Shown in pieces: positions 12,841 to 25,431 of a stretch of 64,000 nucleotides of DNA (position 1 is the first letter of the stretch; every line of letters starts with the position of its first letter). Under the pieces are notes generated by a model. The model made no database searches. It was not told the origin of the DNA and saw only the letters and a program-made list of their open reading frames with translations. Source of the stretch: the human T2T-CHM13v2.0 reference genome, Homo sapiens. A program made the position numbers and the translations under genes. The stretch is from NCBI RefSeq assembly GCF_009914755.1, contig NC_060936.1. The stretch is one strand, 5' to 3'.

Positions 12841-14486
12841 TTTTATATCTGTTGCTGATAATTACACAATAAGAAGATGAAATTTGAATGGAATGAAAAT
12901 GAATTCAAGAAGAAAACATTGAAAATTTCTCACTTAAATGTAGGAGAGGGCTGAAATATTTCATTAATCAAGGAATTAGTTAAGGAATAAGAAATACTTT
13001 GGTGGAAAATATCCCCTAATTGTTAGATATATATTTATATCGAAAGCAAAAATAATATTTGACAGTCAACGAGTGTGCTGCAGTTACAGAACTAGTGTTA
13101 CATGTAGGGTATATCCAAATAATCCCATATCCTTTTAGAAAAAGTCTTTGCTATGTGAATTGTAGTTTTAAGTTTGTAACAAGAATGGTTTGATGAGGGT
13201 TGAGGGAGTTCAGCGACATTTTTAAAGAAAAGCCAGGAGGGAGATCTGAGTTTGGAGTTAAAGTCTTAAAGTTTGAAAAAGATCAAGAAAATTGATCTGT
13301 TAGTATAGTTATATTTTCCCCATGATTAGGAATCTCAAGAGACAAATGAACTTCAGGAAACAGTGATGATGGCTAAATAAGTTGCCCAGGATTCATCATA
13401 AAGATTCAAACTGAAAAGATTGATAGTTAAATAATCTGCTACTTTATAATAATTCGACTTCACATTTTATAACCTTTTATTGTGTTAAAGGATGAGACCA
13501 CCACTGAATAACATAAACAAAAATCACAAAGCTGAATGTATTGCTTACTTAAGTAAGTGAGTGTTCCCGGTCCAGTACATTCTCTTCTAGCTGATCATAT
13601 GTAGGGTTTTTGAGATGGTTGGAGCTCAAGGGTTGGTGGACTTTCTGAGGCAAGTGAGAGTCGACATCCACTGTAGATGTGTGGTTACTAAGGTGAGACT
13701 GTTGCTGACTGGTTGGCATGTAGAAGGGTGTTCACTGGTGTGAGTCTTTATCAGGCAGCTTTCAGAGGTGAAGAACTGTCACTGGTTGACTGGCAGGAGT
13801 TCATTGTGGCAAACTTTGTTCATTTTTTTTTTTACTGAAATATTTTTCATTTATTCATTTATGATGTGGCCTGCAATCTAACTGCTCTACAGTTGTAAAA
13901 AATTATTGAAAACCGAAGTATTAAAATTATTTCACAGACTCCTTCCTTAGGATGCACAAAGCATTTGTTTGAGAAAATGTGTTATGCATTTTATATGTTG
14001 CTGTAATATTATTATTATCATTAAGCAAAGTGTTTTAAGTGGTAGCCACAAAGTCCATTGTAATTGGTTTTAATTACACTTTTCATCAATTATGTTAATT
14101 GAAATTAGTCAACTAGTACACACATAGAATAATAATTAACTGGCTTGACCAATGTTCCATATAAGATTAGTAGTAGAAATTAAAGTAAAAATGGAGCTTT
14201 TCGCTGGGCACAGTGGCTCATGCCTGTAATCCCACTTTGGGAGGCTGAGGCAGGAGGACTGCTCGAGCACAGAGTTCCAGATTAGCCTGGGCAACATAGG
14301 GAAACCGTGTTTCTACAAAAAAATTTTAAACATTAGCCAGCTGTGGTGGCGCACGCCTGTAGTCCCAACTACTTGATAGGGCTAAGTTGGGAGGATCACT
14401 TTAGCCCAGAAGTTCAAGGCTGCAGTGAGCCATGATCGCAGCACTGTACTTTAGTGTGGATGACAAAGTGAGACCCTGTCTCAAAA

Positions 14487-14535
<49 letters not shown>

Positions 14536-15149
14536 GAGTGTTGAAAGCAAAACGTGTTACCCAAATCTTACAATAAATCATTGCAACCTGCAGGGGTAGG
14601 CATTGTCATTCTTATTTTACAGAGGGTGAAACTGATGGATGCCTAGCGAAGTTATTTGCTAAGATCACCGATCACTTAGGCAAGTGTGTCAGAACCAACA
14701 TTTCATCCAGGGCTTAAGGTTGTTAGGATTTATTATTACTAGCTGGGTACAGTGGCACACGTCTATAACCTTAGCTACTCAGGAGGCTACGGCAGGAGAC
14801 TGCTTGAGCCGAGGAGTTCAAGACCATTCTGGGCAACATAGCAAGACGCCGTCTCAAAAAAAAGAAAAAAAAATTACTATTAACTTACTTAATGGTATAC
14901 CGTCTTATTCACAATATTCAGTGTCTTATTCAGAACCAAGTTAAAAAGTTTCCTTCCTCCAGAATGATTTCCTTGATTAGTACTCCTTCTATATAGATGT
15001 TTATATTCTGAAATCATTTTATACAGTTCTGAACACTGATTATGAGATTTTGTCAATAGACCGTTTAATTTTCTTATGTTTATTTAAATTACTCTGTGGC
15101 TTGTGTTTTGTTTTGATTGATTGATTGATTTTTTGTAATTACATTACAG

Positions 15150-15265
15150 TTCCATACTACCATCTTGCAAGTTTCCATCCCTTCATTATTGCCAGCAACT
15201 GTAAGCATGGAAACTTCTGAAAAATCAAAGTTGACTCCTAAGCCAGAGACTTCATTTGAAGAAAA
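15150..15265 (+). CDS. PPFIBP1: Coding exon (FHTTILQVSIPSLLPATVSMETSEKSKLTPKPETSFEE)
   Basis: ttacag acceptor, gtatgt donor; 116 nt, phase 0 to 2. Confidence 0.92.
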
Positions 15266-16145
15266 GTATGTCATTTATTAACAGTGCAATATAAATGTTC
15301 AAAAAAGTAGATCAGCCAAAGACAAGGATGTATTGCATTTATTTACAGACACAATTTTTACCTAGAGAAGCAAGAAACTGCAAGATGTCCACTGGGGGAT
15401 CTGTAATCAGTTCTGTATTATGGAAATAAAAGGTGTGAAGCAGGAAATAATAAGAGATCAGGCTGGGGAGGTAGGGTTGTCAGGTTAGAAAGGGATTTTA
15501 AGGAACTTGGCCAAGTGTGGTGGCTCACGCCTGTAATCTCAGCACTTTGGAAGGCCAAGGTGGGCAGATCACTTGAGGCCAGGAGTTTGAGACCAGCCTG
15601 GCCAACATGGCGAAATCCCGTCTTTACTGAAAATACAAAAATTAGCTGAGTATGGTGGCACACGCCTGTAATCCCAGCTACTCAGAGGCTGAGGCACAGG
15701 AATCACATAAGCCCAGGAAGCGGAGGCTGAAGTGAGCCGAGATCACATCACTCTACTCCAGCCTGGGTGACAGAGCGAGACTCTGTCTCAAAAAGAAAAA
15801 AAAAAAAGTTTAGGGAACTTGGATTTTTATATCCGAGGTCATAGGTAACTGTCAAAGGATTGTAAACTAAATAGTCACAGTCACGGGCTGTAAGTGTGTT
15901 TGAAGGATGGGTCTGAAGGGGACAGGAAAAGGATACAGTAGTTTGTCTCTAAGAAAATAGAATGTTTTGCCAACATATTCCCAGATTGTCTAGTCTTATT
16001 TTAGGCCAAATAAAATAGGACATTTAAAAAAATAGAAATAGCTTCCTTTGCATAATTTTTTGTTTTTGACTTATCTGTTCACTTAGAACATATATGGTCT
16101 TTTATTCGTGAAGTTAATAAATACCTTTTGTTCTTTACATTTTAG

Positions 16146-16202
16146 TGATGGAAACATAATCCTTGGTGCCACTGTTGATACCCAACTGTGTGATAAACTT
16201 TT
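16146..16202 (+). CDS. PPFIBP1: 57-nt symmetric coding exon (NDGNIILGATVDTQLCDKLL)
   Basis: ttttag acceptor, gtaagt donor; phase 2-2. Confidence 0.9.
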
Positions 16203-17486
16203 GTAAGTTACATTTTATTGAATGTGAAAAATGTGATTGAGGCTAGAGAAAGAGAGTTCTGTTATACTAACAATTACTAATATTAACAGCAAATGACCGA
16301 GGCTGTTAAATTACTGAATAAATCAATGTAGCTATAATAATTGGGTGGGGGTGAAGGTGGGGAGCTGTAAGTTTACAAAGAAATAATTTCTGATTTGCTA
16401 TTATCTCATGCCAGGGTTTTGCAGATCTCATGCCGGGGTTTTGCAGGTCTCTAGCCTTGCTTCATCAGTTTTCATTTGAAGTTCAATGCTTTTAATTCAT
16501 TTTTGCACTGACATATTTTGAGTCCAGTGGGAAGGCATCACAGGGAATGATGTGATGCTTGGAAAGCTGAGATGGGTTTTTTTGCACTTTCAGTTTTATG
16601 AACTGACCTAATATCTGTGTTTATCCAAGTTAAAGTCTGGATTAAATTAGGAAAGTCTATTTTCAGAGCAGTACTCAAAAATGAGATCTTTTCTTTTCTC
16701 ACTATTATCTTTTACTTTATTTGGTAGTTGATACTTCTGGCAATACACCTAAATACAGAAGAAATGCCTTTTGAAAGTTTGTAAATGTGCATATTTATAT
16801 TATTCTGTTTCGTAGAGGCAAATACATTACTTCTCTGTCACTCTCTCTAAACTGGTCACATATCTCTACCTTCAAGTTTTTAGTAACACCAGCTCTATAT
16901 AATTGAATATTAATTATGTGAAAGAGAAAGTCTCTGGATGTTTATAGTGTCTCTTTGCCTTCACTAGGATAGCAAATGAATTATTATGGGCAGCATTAGG
17001 GATTCCTCTACTATGCTTTAATTAGAACTATAAAATGAATTGCTTTGCCAGACTCAGAAATGTGATTCCCTTGTGAATTGAAAAGTGAAACTTCCATTCT
17101 TTATTTTAATTAGAAGGATTAGATATAAATAGTACGTGAGTATTTTTAAAGTTCCTAGTACATGCAGAGGATGCAGCACTAGTCCATGGAAAACACTGCT
17201 TTATTTTCGAATATTGACATCACAAGGCTAGTCCTAAGTGCTTTTCCAGCTCTTCTAACATGTGCAGAACAGTTAGAATTATTGGCAGGACAGTTAATCA
17301 CCCCTGCTTTTAAAAGAACTAAATGTTGTCATTTAGTGAAGCACATAAGTGACTGCCTGATTCCAGATTTTCTTTTATTGCCAGGATTCAACCCACACGC
17401 AATTTTAGTTTCTTTCCAAGATGTTTTACTTAGAAACAGTGGCACTGGAGCCACTTATTATTAATTGTTATTACTGTTATTTTTAG

Positions 17487-17547
17487 AACTTCAAGTCTGC
17501 AGAAGTCCAGCAGCCTGGGCAATCTGAAGAAAGAGACATCTGATGGG
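17487..17547 (+). CDS. PPFIBP1: Coding exon (TSSLQKSSSLGNLKKETSDG)
   Basis: tttttag acceptor, GGG|gtgggt donor; 61 nt, phase 2 to 0. Confidence 0.92.
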
Positions 17548-17911
17548 GTGGGTTCTGTGTTTTTTGGTTTTTTTTGTCTGTTATCCTGAGAAAAAACTAT
17601 TTAGGGATCTTCATCTTTTCCCTTTTTGCAAATAAAACTCTTATGAAGAGCTTGTGGTTTTTAGTGGAAAATTATTAGATGTTAGGTTTAACAGTAAATA
17701 TTAAGAAGTATGAATATGAAGGATTGAAAATAGTATGTAAAACCAAAAATGGAGACTTTAATAAAACATTTTGGAAAATAAACAATACTAAGATTTTGTA
17801 GCTTAGAAGTAGATATAAAATTATTTTAACTTATGGAGTTGTATGTGACAAATTCAGAATTATACAAAGGATTTCCCTAACAACCTTAAATATTGTTATT
17901 GCTTTGAACAG

Positions 17912-17941
17912 GAAAAGGAAACTATTCAGAAGACTTCAGAG
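17912..17941 (+). CDS. PPFIBP1: 30-nt symmetric exon (EKETIQKTSE)
   Basis: gaacag acceptor, GAG|gtaact donor; phase 0-0. Confidence 0.88.
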
Positions 17942-18039
17942 GTAACTTTTTGTCCAAATTACAATGCAAAAATATTTCTACTTCCATTACATGTAAATTG
18001 CTTAAATGTCTCCAGTAGATAAAAACTTTCAGAACCTCT

Positions 18040-18350
18040 AGAACATTATGCTAAATGAAGCCAGACACAAAGTTCACATATTATATGATTCCGTTTATGT
18101 GAAACATCCAGAACAGATAAATCTATAGAAATAGAATGCAGATCGGTGGTTACCAGTGGTAAGAGGTGGGAAAAATGGGGAGAAGCTGTTTAAGGGTAAG
18201 GGGTTTTGCTTTCGAATGATGGAAATGTTTTGGAAGCAGGTAGAGGTGGTGGTTGCACAACATCGTAACATACTAAATGCCACTGAATTGTGCACTTTAA
18301 AATTGTTAATTTTGTTATGAATTTCACTTCAGTAAGTTATTAAAAAACAA
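18040..18350 (+). mobile_element. Old L1 (L1MB-like) 3' end
   Basis: aacattatgctaaatgaagccagacacaaa...gccactgaattgtgcactttaaa, typical L1MB 3'UTR. Confidence 0.75.
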
Positions 18351-18555
18351 AACCATAGTCTCTCAGTCATGCTACTTAATGTTCCTAATGACCATAACTG
18401 AGCTTCCTTAGACCTCCCCAAAAGCCCTTCTTAGATTACCATTAGATTATACACCCGGTGCCCATCTAAAGCAAACATTTTGGTATGTTTAAAGATGTCG
18501 TCAACATGTGCTCAATTCTTCTTTCCCCTGATTTTTTTTTTTTTTTTTTTTTTGA

Positions 18556-18750
<195 letters not shown>

Positions 18751-19300
18751 TGAGATCTTGTCATGTTGCCTAGGCTGATCTTGAACTCCTGAGCTCAAGT
18801 AATCCTCCCACCTCTGCCTTTCAAAGTACTGGGATTACAGGCATGAGCCACTGTGCCTGTTCTGTCCTCTGATTTTCTGTCATTAACCTTGTGAAGATTA
18901 CAGCCTGATAGGCTACCTCCAGATCCAGTCTCTTGACTGTTGGCTCTTAGTGCCTGAGTCATATGTGGATAGAATTGACAAAGCAGCCAGTGGTGACAGC
19001 TATAATTAAAATCCTTGTTGTCTTTTCAGTTCAATAAATGGTTAAATGATTTTGACGTCATTGTTGAGCCATGGATGATAATATCACTAAATTGTGCCAT
19101 CTGTAAACTTTTGGTTTCTATGAGCTGTAGATATATAGAGTAAAATAACCACCTAAAATACCTATATCCCCTCACCCTTTTCTCTGCTTCTGTAAAAAAA
19201 GAAGCAGAGGGCAAGAATTATTTCTACTTCTGCAAAAAAAAGAAGCAGAGGGAAAGAATAGAGAAATGAAAACAAGAAGACAAAAGTATCTTTGTATAAA

Positions 19301-19491
19301 GGACACCCACTTCAATAAATGGTGCTGGGAAAATTAGATATCCATATGTAGAAGAATGAAATTGGACTTCACCTGTCACCAAATCAACAAAAATCGACTC
19401 AAGATGGATTAAGAACTTACATATAAGACCAGAAACTATAAAACTGCTAGATGAAAACATAGGGGAAACACTTCATGACATTGATCTAGGC
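19301..19491 (+). mobile_element. Internal L1 ORF2 fragment with an 18-bp TSD
   Basis: Translates as KDTHFNKWCWEN*ISICRRMKLD (L1 ORF2 FNKWCWENW motif); flanks AAAG[T/C]ATCTTTGTATAAA. Confidence 0.88.
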
Positions 19492-20148
19492 AAAGCATCT
19501 TTGTATAAATACTAAAATAATATACTGTGTTACAGCTGGCTCTAATTGCCCATTCAAAGAACCAAAAAGCTCAAAATAAAGTTGCTCACTGTGCCTTCAT
19601 TTTCTTATTCTTTGAGGAGAATATTTAAAATAACTGGAATAGAATCTCCTTATACTGCTGGTATAGAAGTTTGAACTAATGCCTGCTTTGTAGAATAATT
19701 AATATTATATTAGGCTTCTATTGACAAAGTTATAATATAAGAATATGAACTGTATTATAGCTAAATCCGTGACATAATTGTTAGAAAAGTCAGAAATCTG
19801 CTGCTATTATTCTGGTTATGTAATGTCTCCATGTCTTTTGAGGAATGAGGCAAACAAAATTTAAGAATTTTTGTATCCTAAATATTTAAAGCCCTAGACA
19901 TATCGATTCTAGATTAGTGATGAACATGTTTTCCTTGTTGCTTTTGTTGTTGTTTCTTAAGTAGCTTTCAGAATTGATTTTTTTTCAACTTCTGATAAGG
20001 CATTTGACATTGGTGATCAATGTATTAGTTCAGTTATTCTTTTGAATAAACTCATGGATGTGGCGTGAGTGAGTATTTGCTGTTAGCCTGGCATGTGCTG
20101 AGGATGCTGCACCTGAGAGCTGTTTCACTATTCTTATTTGCCTCTCAG

Positions 20149-20320
20149 GACAGAGCTCCGGCAGAAAGCAGGCCATTTGGGACCCTTCCTCCCAGGCCCC
20201 CAGGGCAGGACACCTCCATGGATGACAACCCCTTCGGCACTCGAAAAGTCAGATCTTCCTTTGGCCGGGGCTTTTTTAAAATCAAAAGTAACAAGAGAAC
20301 AGCAAGTGCACCAAACTTAG
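20149..20320 (+). CDS. PPFIBP1: Coding exon (DRAPAESRPFGTLPP...GFFKIKSNKRTASAPNL)
   Basis: ctctcag acceptor, TAG|gtacgt donor; 172 nt; liprin-beta motif KRTASAPNL. Confidence 0.96.
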
Positions 20321-20784
20321 GTACGTATGACCAAAATGCCTTTGCCCTAATTCTTCCACAAGGAGGAAAAGAGCAGTGTCTTCCCTTCCCTTACTCTTTC
20401 ATTCATTGATTCATTTCTCTTTCTCAGAAACGAAGGTGAATGACTTAGGGGAATTTAGCAAAAAATGCCTCCGTGGATTTAATTTAGTGTTGTGAAGATA
20501 TATAGACTCTCACCCTGCTCTCTCCTGTGGTATAAACTTAGCGGAAAGACCTAAAATCATGATTCCCTTTGACTTCATCATGGAGTTTCCCATCTGTTGT
20601 GATAGTGGATAAATTAACATTGACGTTGAGCCTGTGTGTAACATCAGAAGCACTGTGTGCCGCATGCCTCTCCTCCACGGTGTGTATTTGGCGAGGAGGA
20701 GTCTGATCTGCATTTCATTTTGTCATCTCTGTGTTCTCTCCATTGGGCTGCGTGTGATTGTGTGCGTTGTTGGGATATCTGAAG

Positions 20785-20817
20785 ATCGTAAACGAAGTGC
20801 CAGTGCACCCACCCTAG
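20785..20817 (+). CDS. PPFIBP1: 33-nt alternative cassette exon (DRKRSASAPTL)
   Basis: gaag acceptor, TAG|gtattg donor; phase 1-1; peptide parallels the end of the previous exon; TGCATG 13 nt downstream. Confidence 0.8.
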   Translation: MVNEVPVHPP

Positions 20818-22576
20818 GTATTGTACCCCTGCATGCCAGCCTTCACCAGCACTGTGCTCCAAACCAATCTAATCCCTGCTCTTGGCATCTGTGATCTCTA
20901 GAAAGCGATCTGACAGCAATCAGAAAATGTAGTTCTCTATTCCGGAGTGTTCTTTCCACCTTCTGCTAAAAAGGACTCTGTAGAGGCTTTGCTTCCAAGC
21001 CTAAATGCTGTTTTAACCAATACTAGTAACACTCACTGTGTGAATAGCTTTGAGAGGACCTAGACGTGTGCAGCATCCCTCAGAGTGCAGGGCAGGAATG
21101 TCCTGGCATTGTACATTGCAGCTCTTTCAGCCTTGAAGTGCATATTACCACACACTAACTCCCAGGTCCTTGCAGTCCGTTCTCCATGCTTACATTTCCC
21201 CCAGCCTCCAAAAAGAAATTTTTTTGGCCATATAGGGAGGTTTATAGAAGACATTGAATATTATAGTTTTAGGCTTACTTCTCTTAGGGGAACATTCTTC
21301 TGACGTTTTATTACTTTGAAGATGGAGATAATATTTAGTGATGACAGAAGCAACTTTACTTGATATCTGAGGCGTTACCCCCCAAAGTGATTTTAGAAGA
21401 GGGGCAGCTCAGTTTTCCTCTTTGTAAGGCAGGGGACAAATGGGGAAAAAAGTTCTCAAAATAAAAAAGAGAAATATGGTAGTTTTAAGATGAGGATAAG
21501 CTAGGCAGCATTTTCAGGGGCACCTGTAGCCATCGTGGTTGAAGGATTTGAATTGGGAAAGTTCCTTTGGGTTTTTCCAAAAGGTGCTGTTACCTTGTAT
21601 AGATATCCACCTATCTATTCACATGGACCAGCAAACGGGACTTCTCTCTCTATCGATATAAATGTCTAGAATGAACACTGGATGCATAAAATAAACTGAT
21701 CTGTTCAGACAACTATTTTCAAATAGTTTTTTTTTGCATCTTTCTTAGAAGAACTGTTTTGTTAATGCTAAGAGGTAAATGCTGCTTATTATAACCTATA
21801 ATCACAGCTCTGCTTTGTAGAAAAATCAACTTTCTGCAACTCATAGATCTTGCTGAAACACTGTTCTTGTGATTTTAGTACAACTTTTACTTTCTTTTAT
21901 AAAGTATAAAATCTCACACTGAAGACAACAGTAGCCCTTGTGTTTGCTAGTATGGGATTGTCCACTAAGGGACAGCTAAAAGAACTGAAATAGTTAATGC
22001 TTGGAGATCTGAGAGTGGCAACTGTGGATGTGATTCTTTTAAGGTAAAATCAACAGGCACTTACTTTATGTCAAAAGAAAAATTAGGCATATCCAGTTCA
22101 TTCTTCTCTCAGTGCCTAGGATTTAATAGATTGGAATACATTTCAAAAATAAAGAATTGCTTGAACTGGGTAACTGATTTGATGTAAATGCCAAAGGAGA
22201 AGGAGTAAAAGGAAAATGACATAGAGTCTGAGCTAGAGTAACAGGGACAGTATTAATTAATATTAACCAAATATCAAATAAGAACATTTAAGAGACGAGG
22301 CCAGGCGTGGTGGCTCACGCCTGTAATCTCAGCACTTTGGGAGGCCGAGGTGGGTGGATCACGAGGTCAGGAGTTCAAGACCAGCCTGGCCAAGATGGTG
22401 AAACCCTGTCTCTACTAAAAATACAAAAATTAGCCAGGTGTGGTGGCGGGTGCCTGTAATCCCAGCTACCTGGGACACTGAGGCAGAGAATTGCTTGAAC
22501 CCAGTAGGCGGAGGTTGCAGTAAGCCGAGATCATGTCACTGCACTCCAGCCTGGGAAACAGAGTGAGACTCTGTCT

Positions 22577-22617
<41 letters not shown>

Positions 22618-23223
22618 ATTTAAGAGAGAAAAAGACTCTCGGGGAAATTGGATGAGTTTGTGAAGTCCCAGATGTTCCGACACACTGAATTGGGAATATC
22701 ACAGGCATTTAGATACAGAGCCTAGAGAGAGAGATTAGGCCCAGAGATTCTGATCCTCTAGAGGGCATTTAGAATATAATCTTAAAGTGGCATGGGGGAA
22801 GAAAAAAAAGCAGGGGTGCTACAGCAAAGACACTATCAGATGACAGATGTAGGAGAGTGGTCATGTCAAGAAGCAAAAGGAGATGATTTTGAAGGATGTA
22901 GCAGGTAATCAACAGTACCACGTGCTATGGAAAGATTGGGAATAATTCCATTATGAATTGAAATCACTCAAGGAAAGAATGTGGCAATCCTATCACACTC
23001 TTTTAATCTCCAAAGGGCTTGTAATTTTATTAAGTTTACACACAGTAAACTATGGAGCAGAACGTATATGTGTGTTCCATTTCTAATATTTACAAGGTGC
23101 TCTTTGTAAATCACTGATTATAGACCAACAGAAGAATTCTTAACAGTTCTAGAACCAAGAAGATTAACATCATGTTTATTCCATATTTTAAAATTCATTG
23201 TCTGCATTCTGCTCTTGGAGTAG

Positions 23224-23374
23224 CTGAAACAGAAAAAGAGACAGCAGAGCACCTAGATCTGGCTGGTGCTTCTTCTCGGCCAAAAGATTCACAGAGGAAC
23301 AGTCCCTTCCAGATACCGCCTCCATCTCCAGATTCCAAAAAGAAATCCAGAGGTATCATGAAACTCTTTGGAAA
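23224..23374 (+). CDS. PPFIBP1: Coding exon (AETEKETAEHLDLAG...KKKSRGIMKLFGK)
   Basis: gagtag (NAGNAG) acceptor, gtaagt donor; 151 nt. Confidence 0.95.
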
Positions 23375-23667
23375 GTAAGTAAAGCAGTAAACAAGTGGAA
23401 TGGGCCCTGTCTTACATGTTGCTTAAAAGTGGCTGGACATGGGTATGGACTTTGTAAGGCCTTTGTATTCCTCTTATGGAAGGAAGTTTGGATTGTGATG
23501 TGGGATTTATTAACTCATTGGGTCTTAGTTAAAGTTTAAATTTAAATGTCTATGTTAACAACACAAAGAGGATTAGTTCCAGTAGGTGCACTAGTTAAAA
23601 ATGTTCTGATTAACAAGTCTAAGGCCTCCTCAGGTCTAATACTGGCCATGTGTGTTGTCTTCTTTAG

Positions 23668-23796
23668 ACTTAGGAGAAGTCAATCAACTACATTCAACCC
23701 AGATGACATGTCTGAGCCTGAATTCAAAAGAGGAGGGACAAGGGCAACCGCGGGGCCCCGATTAGGTTGGTCTCGAGACTTGGGACAGTCTAACAG
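23668..23796 (+). CDS. PPFIBP1: Coding exon (LRRSQSTTFNPDDMSEPEFKRGGTRATAGPRLGWSRDLGQSN)
   Basis: ctttag acceptor, CAG|gtaaga donor; liprin-beta signature FKRGGTRATAGPRL. Confidence 0.97.
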
Positions 23797-25280
23797 GTAA
23801 GAAGAGCCAACTGATAGACTTTTGCATCTCTACCAAGCATCATAGCCTCATGAGTCCTGCAGTATTAGTACTGTCATTGGGTTAAACAAAGTCATTGCTT
23901 AATGCTGTGCCTAATGAAAGGGGCCATCATCTTTAGAGCCGTGCAATTTGTCAATGGTTGATGAACAAACAGAAGGTGAGGGCTGTGCGAACTAGGGGAG
24001 AGGCCAGAGCTAAAGTGTCAGCAGCATCTGTGTTAGAATGGCTCTCAGACTTAAATTTTACGTAGATGGTAATTACAAGTACTCTAAAGCATAACTTTGG
24101 AAAGATGGGATAGCATAGTGGTTAAGAGTATGTTCTAGAATCAGACCACTTGGATTTGCTTTCTGGCCTTACCACTTTCTACCAGCTGGGTGACCTTGAG
24201 CAACAGCTTCCACACCCTGTGCCTCAGTCTCCTCATCATCATAATTAGTACCTACCCCAAAAGCTGACCATGAAGGTTAAATAAGTTAATATGTGTTAAA
24301 TATTTGGCAGATAATAACTACTCAAGAAACATTAGCATGTAACAGAATCTATGAAAGCACTTAAAGACAAAAATGCTATCAGAATCCTTGTATTTATCAG
24401 GACTATATAATATTTTATCCATTAAGATTCTAAGAACTGCTCTGACACTCTTAACCAAAGTTTAGGGCTGGCTTAGAACTACTACATTGACTCACTGTGC
24501 ATAAGAGGGTGGGGTTGGCAAACATAAAGTACAAGACATTGATACCAAATCTTTTAACAGTATAATAGACTGACTAGAAACCCTTTACATATAGCCCCTC
24601 CCATACAGGTGGAACACTGGACATAGGTTACATCAAGGAGGAAACTCTCTTTGGCCTTCTTCAAATACCAAACAGTTTCATTTGCCATATGTTGTCTTTG
24701 AACACAGTAGAGCTCCTTGTACTATTTAAAAAAAACCATTCATCTTCCCCTCCGCACCCTGCCCCCACCCCGGAACAAGAACACTATTTGTGTATCTAAG
24801 TAAAAGAAAACAGGAATTTTGCTTTGATTGTTTCCTACACTCAGTGACAACATATTGCCCTCTTCTCATTGGTTACCATATGGAAAGAAACCATAATTCT
24901 GCTAAAGTTAGTTCAAATTAGACTTAAGTTTCTTTCAGTCCAACTGAGTTTCCTGTTTGGGAATCCAATCTTCAAACAACATTGGTTAAAACTGATACAG
25001 TGACTTGTGTTTGTCCAATTTGGTCTTTTTCTGTAGCACTTGTTCTTGCTCTATCACGTTAAATCTTTTGTGGTTTCATTTGAAATGAAGACAGTGGTCT
25101 TAGAAGATAACTTTCAACCAGTTGTTCCTCCAATGTATACTAAAAATTAAGCTTTTCATGGTCAAATGTGTATCACCAGGGAATTTCCATGTCTATTGAA
25201 TGTATAGTTGTTTAAAACTAATGATAAGCCACAGGATTGGCTTTGGATTATTTTTCATGCAATTACTCATTTTCCTGTAG

Positions 25281-25431
25281 TGACTTGGATATGCCATTTG
25301 CCAAGTGGACCAAGGAGCAGGTTTGCAATTGGCTGATGGAACAGGGCTTGGGCTCGTACCTGAATTCTGGCAAGCACTGGATTGCATCTGGCCAAACGCT
25401 TTTGCAGGCTTCTCAACAAGATCTAGAGAAG
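25281..25431 (+). CDS. PPFIBP1: Coding exon, SAM1 (DLDMPFAKWTKEQVCNWLMEQGLG...QDLEK)
   Basis: cctgtag acceptor, AAG|gtgact donor; SAM-domain W..EQV..WL...GL pattern. Confidence 0.97.

Noticed and set aside
16404-16452. 22-bp tandem repeat TCTCATGCC(A/G)GGGTTTTGCAG
   Set aside because: Two-copy slippage duplication with no further structure
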